Source of the DNA: Desulfatiglandales bacterium
Lineage (GTDB): Bacteria; Desulfobacterota; DSM-4660; Desulfatiglandales; HGW-15
Direction of reading: 5' to 3'
DNA length: 64,000 nucleotides
Assembly (NCBI GenBank): GCA_963667015.2
Contig: CAXXJJ010000004.1
Coordinates: forward strand, 3,744,001-3,808,000
Below are positions 8,924-17,079 of the stretch, in pieces. Every line of letters begins with the position of its first letter. Position 1 is the stretch's first letter. The translations under genes were made by a program, and so were the position numbers. A model generated the notes under the pieces. The model ran no database searches. It was given only the letters and a program-made list of their open reading frames with translations, and was not told the DNA's origin.

Positions 8924-9886
8924 TTATTCTTTCACCCCTCCCTCAACAAGGCTTCCTGTCAAATGTCTCATGGCAAACATAAAACATATTACCACCGGCA
9001 CCAGCGTGAGCATTGAGGCAGACATTATTCTGTCCCATATGGCGTTCTTGGATACAAACAGGGACTGCAGACCAAGGGGGAGTGTATAAAAATCCGGGAA
9101 CTGCTTTAAAAAGACCGAGGCGAATAAAAACTCGTTCCATGCAATAATAAAGCAATATATAAAAACCGTTATCATCATCGGAACAGACAACGGCAGGATT
9201 ATGCGGAATATGGACCCAATCCTTGAACATCCGTCCATTGCAGCGGCCTCCTCAAGGGAATATGGAATCGTCCTGAAGTAGTTACCGAGCATGTAAAGAG
9301 AAACAGGCAGGGTCTGAATGATATAGATCATTAAAAGACTCAGGATGGATCCCCATACTGATGCTGCAAGACCAATCTTCACACTCATCTGATAAAGGGG
9401 GACTAAAAGCAGGACTCCGCCGACCATATAAACAAAGAGAACTCCCCGCTGGATCAACTTTCGGCCCCTGTACCTCAGACGGCTGAATGAATAGGCTCCG
9501 AATACTGCCAGGAACAATGATATTGCAGCAGCTCCGGCTGAGAGGAGAAAGGAATTGATGAAATACCTGATAAAAGGGAATAGGTCCCCGGTTGACCGGT
9601 ACCTCTCCAGGATTTTCTGCTTCTGCTCCTCCTTAATCAATGGGTTTTCAAGAAGGCGTTTTATACTCTCAGGCACCTGCACTTCTTCTTTATCTGAAAG
9701 TCCCAGCAGTTCCCTGTATGCATCGATGTTGATTTTTTCAGGTATCAGTGACGGATTCCCCCAGTCAAACTGGTATTTCAGGGAGGTTGAAAGTATCTGT
9801 ATAAAGGGAAAAAGGCAAAAGATCAGCAGCAGGGCAACCGCAGCTGCCAGCATTATATTCTGTATTATGGATCTTTTTCCCGGCAT
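8924..9886 (-). CDS. Carbohydrate ABC permease (MalG-like)
   Basis: EEAAAMDGCS EAA loop, AWNEFLFA, TLPLGL, GGVKE terminus. Confidence 0.93.
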   Translation of the reverse strand: MPGKRSIIQNIMLAAAVALLLIFCLFPFIQILSTSLKYQFDWGNPSLIPEKINIDAYRELLGLSDKEEVQVPESIKRLLENPLIKEEQKQKILERYRSTGDLFPFIRYFINSFLLSAGAAAISLFLAVFGAYSFSRLRYRGRKLIQRGVLFVYMVGGVLLLVPLYQMSVKIGLAASVWGSILSLLMIYIIQTLPVSLYMLGNYFRTIPYSLEEAAAMDGCSRIGSIFRIILPLSVPMMITVFIYCFIIAWNEFLFASVFLKQFPDFYTLPLGLQSLFVSKNAIWDRIMSASMLTLVPVVICFMFAMRHLTGSLVEGGVKE

Positions 9887-9892
9887 GTCACA

Positions 9893-10759
9893 TCACCACT
9901 TTAGTATTTTCTTTACATAAAAAAGAATAAAGATTGATAGAATAATAAACTGAACAACAGATATTGCTGCGGCAAATCCCTGATCCACAATACCGGTAAA
10001 GGCCGTATAATAAGTGAAAACAGGCAGCGTCTTTACATTTGGAGCCAGCAGGAATACCTCTTCAAATTTATTCAGATTCCATATCAGTCTTAATATTACC
10101 AGTGTCCCGAGCACAAAATATATCTCGGGAAGCGTGACATGGAAGAACCGTGCTACAGGCCCGCACCCGTCCATGGCTGCAGCCTCATACTGATCCCTGT
10201 TGATTGACTGAAGCTTAGAAATTATCAAAAGATATGAAATAGGAAAGTTTTTCCAGATACTGAAAAGTATGACAATAAAAAGGGCACTGCCGGGATTACC
10301 AATCAGGTTATACCTGTTGTCTGTCAATCCGAGAGTTTCTACAGCAATGTGATTATATATACCGTTTACAGGGTCAAAAAAGAACTGCCACCCGAAAACA
10401 ACGGAAATAACCGGGGCAAAATAGGGTAAAAGGATTATGGCCCTTACTATATTACGAAACGGAAATTTCAGATTCATTATAAGGGCAACGGCAAGCCCCA
10501 GTATTGTTGTCCCGGCTATTGACCCGACAAGGTAAATAATCGTCGTATAAAGTGAACTGTAAAAACCCGTTTCACGCAACAGCCTTTCATAATTGGCCAA
10601 CCCGACAAATATGTTTTCACCGGCCAGCTTAACATCAAAAAAACTGAGATAAAGGTTGTAGAGAATCGGATAAAGTATAAGGATACCGATAACACCGATA
10701 CTCGGGGCAATCAGCTTCCAGCCAAGCCGGGATTCTTTTTGTGAGAGCGAAAGATACAA
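9893..10759 (-). CDS. Carbohydrate ABC permease (MalF-like)
   Basis: YEAAAMDGC EAA loop, HVTLP, multiple TM segments. Confidence 0.92.
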   Translation of the reverse strand: MYLSLSQKESRLGWKLIAPSIGVIGILILYPILYNLYLSFFDVKLAGENIFVGLANYERLLRETGFYSSLYTTIIYLVGSIAGTTILGLAVALIMNLKFPFRNIVRAIILLPYFAPVISVVFGWQFFFDPVNGIYNHIAVETLGLTDNRYNLIGNPGSALFIVILFSIWKNFPISYLLIISKLQSINRDQYEAAAMDGCGPVARFFHVTLPEIYFVLGTLVILRLIWNLNKFEEVFLLAPNVKTLPVFTYYTAFTGIVDQGFAAAISVVQFIILSIFILFYVKKILKW

Positions 10760-10783
10760 AGGATTAATCCTTAAAACCAGTTA

Positions 10784-10866
10784 GTAGGGGCACGGCGAGC
10801 CGTGCCCTTGTTTTACGCCGATACCCGCAGCGACATTCGTGCGGGCACGGTGCGCCGTGCCCCTAC
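10784..10866. repeat. GTAG-type REP doublet (REPIN-like)
   Basis: GTAGGGGCACGGCGAGCCGTGCCC ... GGGCACGGTGCGCCGTGCCCCTAC in inverted orientation. Confidence 0.8.
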
Positions 10867-10937
10867 AAAACTTCGCATAGAAATGTGCAGATGCCGGGGC
10901 AAAACCAATCGCTACAATCATTTGCTATATCATCATT

Positions 10938-12287
10938 TTACTGCAACGCCTTCCTCATCTCTCCCTCCGCCCAATCAATTGCATCTTCAGGAGATTTGCC
11001 TTCAATTATCACCGAGTAAATCATCCGGGGTATAATCATCTTTGAATAAATTTTGCCGGATTCCGGAATGGATCTTCCATTTACTGATGTAAAACTCCCG
11101 ATGGAGTCAAGGCCTTCTATAACCTTTTTCACCTTTTCACGGCCATACTTTTTAAAAATACCCCTGGGATCATTCAGATATTCGGGCATAGCGGCAATGT
11201 CCCTGAGTACAGGGTTCATTCCACCGGGAGCCATATGAAGAAAGGTAATATAACTGAAGGGCTCATACATGAACTCAACCAGTTTTTTAACGGCATTTTT
11301 ATCATTTTCAGATTGTTTTTTAATAATGCCAAGGGCCACGATAGAACCGTAACCTGCCGGCACCTTTTTTTTAATTATTGATACAACACCGGTATTATTT
11401 ACAAGCTCTGGATCAAAAGAGCTACCCTTTAGATCTGAAAAATTCTCACCGGTAAGGGAGCCCGCAGCAATCTCTGCAAGGGCCAGGTCATCCATAATAT
11501 ATGTAGAATAGAAGAACATTGCCATTCGGCCCTGAAGGTAATAGTCCCTGGCCCGCCACGACTGTGGTCCGGGAGGATTAAACTCTGCAAGCTCTTTATA
11601 AAATTTAAGGGTCTCCAGGGTTACAGGAGAGTTGAATGCCAGCTTTCCATTTTCATCAAATTCCCTTACCCCGTTTGACAATGCAAAATGGGTAAAGCAC
11701 TGCTCTGTATAGACATCCTGTTTTGTTCCAACCAGTATACCGTATTGATTATCTTTCGGTTTATGGAGCGCCTTTGCAGCCTTTAAAATGTTTTCCCAGG
11801 TGTCAGGAGGATTCAGGCCTTTCTCTTTAAACCAGTCCTTTCTATACCATATACCCTGAACCCAGCCGTAATATGGCAGGCCGTAATATTTTCCCTGCTC
11901 AGGGGCAGAAAGCATTTTGAGCGCGCCTTTGAAAAATCGTTTTTCACCTATCTGTTTTATTATCCGAGAGCCAAGAGAATCATCCAGTATTCCCTCTTCA
12001 CCAAAGGCAATGGTCAACTCGCTTCCCGCCTCAATAATATGGGGAAGGGTTCCTGCTGCCGCGGCCGCAGCTATCTGGGAGGGCAGATCATTTTCATCAA
12101 CCGGAATCAGTTTAACTGTTATGTCGGGATTTAAGGCCTGGAACGTGTCCATTAAAAGCTGAATGGTCTTTACGCGATCAGACTGTGTTTCGGTTGTCCA
12201 GAACTCCAGTGTTGAGGCATTTAAAATATTGGCAGAAAACAGGAAAAACAGGAAAAGGACAACAGCATATATCTTTTTTTTCATCAT
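10938..12287 (-). CDS. Carbohydrate ABC substrate-binding protein
   Basis: Signal peptide MMKKKIYAVV..., WYRKDWF, PDTWE motifs; GAGGGG SD before ATG 12287; heads the permease/ATPase operon. Confidence 0.9.
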   Translation of the reverse strand: MMKKKIYAVVLFLFFLFSANILNASTLEFWTTETQSDRVKTIQLLMDTFQALNPDITVKLIPVDENDLPSQIAAAAAAGTLPHIIEAGSELTIAFGEEGILDDSLGSRIIKQIGEKRFFKGALKMLSAPEQGKYYGLPYYGWVQGIWYRKDWFKEKGLNPPDTWENILKAAKALHKPKDNQYGILVGTKQDVYTEQCFTHFALSNGVREFDENGKLAFNSPVTLETLKFYKELAEFNPPGPQSWRARDYYLQGRMAMFFYSTYIMDDLALAEIAAGSLTGENFSDLKGSSFDPELVNNTGVVSIIKKKVPAGYGSIVALGIIKKQSENDKNAVKKLVEFMYEPFSYITFLHMAPGGMNPVLRDIAAMPEYLNDPRGIFKKYGREKVKKVIEGLDSIGSFTSVNGRSIPESGKIYSKMIIPRMIYSVIIEGKSPEDAIDWAEGEMRKALQ

Positions 12288-12390
12288 ACTCCCCTCAGGT
12301 TTTTGTATGAAAGTGCATAGGATTATAGTTTGATTGTGCTTTTCAGTCAAGGAAGGTGGTAAGAAGACCTTCCAAGTATATAATAATTCC

Positions 12391-12419
12391 TTGACAGGTA
12401 TTGCAGTCCCTCATAAACT
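12391..12419 (+). promoter_or_regulatory. Candidate sigma70 promoter
   Basis: TTGACA-17 nt-TAAACT about 80 nt upstream of the 12499 start. Confidence 0.5.
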
Positions 12420-12498
12420 TCTCTTCCGAAATAAAAATTCTCATCACCGATTTTACAAAGCGGCCAATATAAATTCTATTGCTTTCCGGAGGTTTAAA

Positions 12499-12780
12499 AT
12501 GACTGAAACATCCATTCAAAATATTCAGGAACAAACCTGTAGACGACATCCGACCCTTTCCTTTTCTGTATCACTGGTTTGCTGTGTTATGATGCTGACC
12601 GGATGTGTGCATGTACCACCCCAGCAGCAGCGACTGGTATCCAAACCCAACATGCAGTTCTCAGGCTCAGCAATATTCAGCTATCAGGATAAGCTGCTCA
12701 CACAATTTGAATCCGGCTCTGCATCATTTACCGGCGGCCAGTCCGGTGGATGCGGTTCCTGTGAAGGAGGAGGACAATGA
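12499..12780 (+). CDS. DUF4266-like small lipoprotein
   Basis: GGAGG SD; LTGC lipobox; xxKPxM motif; Gly-rich C-terminus GGCGSC; upstream of a DUF3570-like gene. Confidence 0.65.
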   Translation: MTETSIQNIQEQTCRRHPTLSFSVSLVCCVMMLTGCVHVPPQQQRLVSKPNMQFSGSAIFSYQDKLLTQFESGSASFTGGQSGGCGSCEGGGQ

Positions 12781-14402
12781 CAAGGTCCGGACACCTCACA
12801 GTGATACTGGTTCTGGCATTTTTTCTTCTTGTGCCGGGAATGGCCCGTTCAGAAGAAAAGGCCCCGTCCTTTAATCTGCCCCAATGGGGAACGGAAAAAC
12901 GGTTCAGCCTGGAAGATTTCAGGGGACAAATTGTTGTCCTTGATTTTTTCAGCGCAAGTTGCGGGATCTGTTTTCGTGCCTCATGGGAAATCGGGATCGA
13001 TATCCAGGCCTTCTATGAGGCCCGTTCCGGTAACTCCCACGGTATCCCGGTAAAGGTTGTAGCGGTTAACAGCGATATTGCCAGCCAGGATGACATGAAG
13101 GCATTCATTGAAGAAACCGAACTTGACCTGGTGCTGAATGACAGCAAGGGTGCCCTGCTCGAAGACTATGGAGGCTCAACGCTGCCTTACCTGGTAGTGA
13201 TAGATGCTGCCGGCACAGAAGAGTCCCCTGCACCACGCGTAGTATATAAAGAGGGTATTTATGAGGGCGTGGAGGGCCTGCGCAGGGCCATTGATGCCAT
13301 CTCCGGTAAGTCACGCCCGGCAGGTTCCGGGTTAAATACGCTGACCGGTAAAATGCAGGAGACGGATCAGCATATTATACACGAAGCCTCACTTGACAAT
13401 GCCACCCTGAATGCGTCGGATCTCTTCGTTACGGACACGCAGCTTAAATACCGTCAGGAACGCCCCACAGAGGAATTCTCGTTTGCCCTTTCCTATCGCC
13501 GTATTGACATGGATTATTCTTCCAGGGTTTATGGAGTCAGTAGGGGAAAAACGATTACTGCTGACCATATCAGCCTTCAGGGCAGTGCCAGTTTAGACCT
13601 GAATAAGACCCTGACATATACCGCCGGAGGAGGTTTCTATGACGGATTTCAGACCTACCGTGCACTATGGCTGGATCAGTATTACCGACATGCCTTTGAC
13701 GTCCTTAACGAGCTGACTGAAAATATTGAGGGATATGAAAAGGCCGATCCCCGGGGATATAACATATCGAACAGCCTGCGTTGGGAATATCTGCCCGATA
13801 CCGGATTTGCAGAGGCGAGCATTTCCTACCAGCATGATATTGTCTCTCCCGGTTACGATATGGGAGTAGAAATAGTCCGGCTGAGGGATACCTACGACAC
13901 GATCAGCAGCCGTATAGCATCTGAAAACATACTCACACCGAGAGTGCGCACCCTCGCGGAGCTCCGGGTTGATAATACAACAGACCGGGATGTGCGTTTT
14001 ACAATTCAGGGATCACTCAATTATGCTATTGATGATCACTGGGTATTACGCCTGACTGCGGGAGGGGCTAAGGAGGCACCGAACTTTACATCCAAATCCG
14101 TCAGTGCCCTGCTTGAGTATGACTGGCACGACACCTGGTTCATGAGTCTTTTCGGACGTTATTATGAGGATTCGAGCGAAATAGGAAATGCCATTGTATG
14201 GAACGCCGCAGCACCTCCTCTCGAAACATACCAGGCTGGATTGGGACTGCGTCGACAGGGTCATTATACCTCTTTCAGGTTCGTAATGGGCCCGTGCTTC
14301 AGCAGGTATGACAGGCGCGCGGATCGGGACACAGCATTTGATCAGCTCTACAGTGATCGCGACTGGCTTTCGGTACAGGCTGTTTTTGTGCACCGGTTCT
14401 AA
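12777..14402 (+). CDS. TlpA/redoxin domain fused to a DUF3570-like outer-membrane beta-barrel
   Basis: Signal peptide; SLEDFRGQIVVLDFFSASCGIC and TLPYLVVIDA thioredoxin fold; alternating beta-strand C-terminal half ending in F. Confidence 0.65.
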   Translation: MTRSGHLTVILVLAFFLLVPGMARSEEKAPSFNLPQWGTEKRFSLEDFRGQIVVLDFFSASCGICFRASWEIGIDIQAFYEARSGNSHGIPVKVVAVNSDIASQDDMKAFIEETELDLVLNDSKGALLEDYGGSTLPYLVVIDAAGTEESPAPRVVYKEGIYEGVEGLRRAIDAISGKSRPAGSGLNTLTGKMQETDQHIIHEASLDNATLNASDLFVTDTQLKYRQERPTEEFSFALSYRRIDMDYSSRVYGVSRGKTITADHISLQGSASLDLNKTLTYTAGGGFYDGFQTYRALWLDQYYRHAFDVLNELTENIEGYEKADPRGYNISNSLRWEYLPDTGFAEASISYQHDIVSPGYDMGVEIVRLRDTYDTISSRIASENILTPRVRTLAELRVDNTTDRDVRFTIQGSLNYAIDDHWVLRLTAGGAKEAPNFTSKSVSALLEYDWHDTWFMSLFGRYYEDSSEIGNAIVWNAAAPPLETYQAGLGLRRQGHYTSFRFVMGPCFSRYDRRADRDTAFDQLYSDRDWLSVQAVFVHRF

Positions 14403-14506
14403 AACCCTCTTAAGGCTGGTGCAGCCTGATTGATAGATCATCAGTGTTATGATAACTGTACTTTAAACATTTAATAAAGGCTTAAAAGATTTATGAAAAG
14501 GCCCAA

Positions 14507-17050
14507 ATGAAAAAACCTGAAAAAACATCAGTCTTACTTGGAACATTTGCCGGTGTCTTTACCCCGAGTGTACTTACTATCCTGGGCATTATTCTCTTCC
14601 TCAGGCTGGGATATGTTGTAGGAAGTGCAGGCCTGGGAAAGGCCCTTGTAATAATAGGAATATCCAATACCATTTCAGTCCTTACAAGTTTTTCGCTTGC
14701 GGCCATAGCAACAAACCTGAAAGTAAAAGGAGGCGGAGACTATTATCTTATCTCCCGGACACTTGGTCTTGAATTCGGAGGTGCTATAGGCATTGTCCTG
14801 TATCTTGCCCAATCCATATCAATCGCCTTTTACTGCATAGGTTTCGGTGAAGCAATCACATCCATGCTGCCTGAAATCCATCATCGCCTGCCGCAGATTA
14901 TTGCAGTACTCGCAGTATCTTTCCTGTTTATCTTCGCCTGGCTCGGAGCTGACTGGGCCACCCGTTTTCAGTATGTTGTCATGACAATCCTCGGGCTTGC
15001 CCTTGTATCCTTTATAGCCGGCGGATTTATAAACTGGCATACGGATAATGTTATTTCAAACTGGGCATCTCCCGAAGGAGGCCCGGGATTCTGGGCTGTT
15101 TTTGCAATATTTTTTCCGGCGGTGACCGGTTTTACACAGGGAGTAAGCATGTCAGGAGACCTGAAAGATCCTGGAAAGAGTCTCCCCCTGGGTACATTCA
15201 TGGCGGTCGGAATATCAATAATTGTATATTTTGGAAGTGCTGTACTTTTTTCAGGATCTTTTTCAAACGATATTCTATCTGCCGACTATGAATCCATGAA
15301 TAAAATATCTGTATGGGGTTTTCTTATTAACGCCGGCGTTATCGCGGCAACACTTTCCTCTGCAATGGCATCATTTCTGGGGGCCCCCCGTATTCTTCAA
15401 TCCCTTTCCAGTGACAGGATATTCCCCTTTCTTCTTCCCTTTGCAAAGGGTTTTGGGCCGGCAGACAATCCCAGGCGGGGTGTACTGCTTTCAGCTGGAA
15501 TAGCCTACCTTACAATAGGACTGGGAAACCTGAACATTATAGCCCCTATAGTATCCATGTTTTTCCTTATATCATACGGCCTCCTAAACTATGCGACATA
15601 CTATGAGGCCAGTTCATCCAGTCCCTCATTCCGCCCAACATTCAGATGGTATGATTACAGGATCAGCCTTGCCGGATTTATTGCATGTCTTGGAGTTATG
15701 CTGGCAATAGATCTGACTGCAGGGGCCTTTGCTATTTCTATTCTCTTTGCAGTATACCAGTACCTTAAAAGGGCAGATAAACCGTCAAGATGGGCTGACA
15801 GCCGCCGTTCCCATTATCTTCAAAAAGTCAGGGAAAACCTCATTGCCGCAGCCTCTGAGCCGGAGCATTCCAGGGACTGGCGTCCTCAAATACTTGTTTT
15901 TGCTGAGGATGATCTGCAATGGAAAGAACTTCTCTCATTTTCATCATGGATTGAAGGCGGGAGCGGCCTTACAACTGCCATCAGGATTGTTGAGGGAGAA
16001 GGCCTGAAAATGCTTAAGAAAAAAGAGGCTGCTGAAACAGAATTAACAAGGATGATCGCGGACAACAATTTAAAGGCCTTTCCCCTGGTAATGACGGCTT
16101 CAAATATAAAGACAGGTATCACCTCCCTGGTACAGGCATTCGGCGTCGGCCCTGTAAAGGCGAATACTATTCTTTTTAACTGGAAGGATACAACCCGCAG
16201 GGGGATGCCTGGAATAGAAGAATTGAAATACATGAATAATTTAAAGGCTGCCTTTCGCTTTGGCCTTAATCTTATTATCCTTGACGGAAAGGATTCCTGC
16301 TGGCCTGCTATCAGAGACATTCCATCCGGTAAAAGGCGGATAGATATCTGGTGGCAGGATAATGCAACAGGCCGGTTGATGCTTCTCCTGGCCTACCTGA
16401 TGACCAGGAATGAATCCTGGGAAGATTCAAGGATAAGGGTTTTATCTGTTCAGAATCAGAGAGGACAGGAGGACACAGCCATTGATGATCTAAAAAAAAT
16501 CCTTGAAGAAGCACGTATTATTGCAGAACCTGAAATAGTTGACAATGCCGATCTTGAGTCAATAATAGATATATCAGGTGACTCCTCTGTTGTTTTTATT
16601 CCGTTTAAATTAAGCGGCAGCAGGATATTGTCATTTATAGATACTCCTATAGATGATCTTATAGATAAACTACCTATAGTATCAATGGTCCTGGCTGGTA
16701 AAGATATTGATCTGGATTCAGAACCGGAAACAGGGATACAGGGAGAATCAGCCGAAGCATTAGATAAACTGTCTGAAGCGGAAAAAAGAGTGATAGAGAC
16801 AGAAGAAAGAAAGTTGCTGGCGGAAAAGGAGGCCGAACAAAAAAAAGAAGAACTTGAAGCCGCTGTAAGCCAGGGCTCTGACGAAGATGAAATAGATAAG
16901 AAAGAAAAAGAGGTTATAAGGGCGGTTAAGGAAGCGGAAGGGGCCTCAAGGCGTGAGGCAAAGGCTACAGCAAAGCTTGAAGAAGCCTTAAAGGATGCCG
17001 AAGCCCTGGGCATAAAGACTGATGATAAAAATAGTAAGCCAACAGAATGA
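14507..17050 (+). CDS. SLC12/CCC-family cation-chloride cotransporter homologue (APC superfamily) with a charged helical tail
   Basis: LGTFAGVFTPS, GGGDYYLISRTLGLEFGGAIG, FFPAVTG, GDLKDP, SPSFRP, WRPQILV, IDIWW. Confidence 0.88.
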   Translation: MKKPEKTSVLLGTFAGVFTPSVLTILGIILFLRLGYVVGSAGLGKALVIIGISNTISVLTSFSLAAIATNLKVKGGGDYYLISRTLGLEFGGAIGIVLYLAQSISIAFYCIGFGEAITSMLPEIHHRLPQIIAVLAVSFLFIFAWLGADWATRFQYVVMTILGLALVSFIAGGFINWHTDNVISNWASPEGGPGFWAVFAIFFPAVTGFTQGVSMSGDLKDPGKSLPLGTFMAVGISIIVYFGSAVLFSGSFSNDILSADYESMNKISVWGFLINAGVIAATLSSAMASFLGAPRILQSLSSDRIFPFLLPFAKGFGPADNPRRGVLLSAGIAYLTIGLGNLNIIAPIVSMFFLISYGLLNYATYYEASSSSPSFRPTFRWYDYRISLAGFIACLGVMLAIDLTAGAFAISILFAVYQYLKRADKPSRWADSRRSHYLQKVRENLIAAASEPEHSRDWRPQILVFAEDDLQWKELLSFSSWIEGGSGLTTAIRIVEGEGLKMLKKKEAAETELTRMIADNNLKAFPLVMTASNIKTGITSLVQAFGVGPVKANTILFNWKDTTRRGMPGIEELKYMNNLKAAFRFGLNLIILDGKDSCWPAIRDIPSGKRRIDIWWQDNATGRLMLLLAYLMTRNESWEDSRIRVLSVQNQRGQEDTAIDDLKKILEEARIIAEPEIVDNADLESIIDISGDSSVVFIPFKLSGSRILSFIDTPIDDLIDKLPIVSMVLAGKDIDLDSEPETGIQGESAEALDKLSEAEKRVIETEERKLLAEKEAEQKKEELEAAVSQGSDEDEIDKKEKEVIRAVKEAEGASRREAKATAKLEEALKDAEALGIKTDDKNSKPTE

Positions 17051-17079
17051 TAATGGACCTTAAGATATAACCTGAAAAA

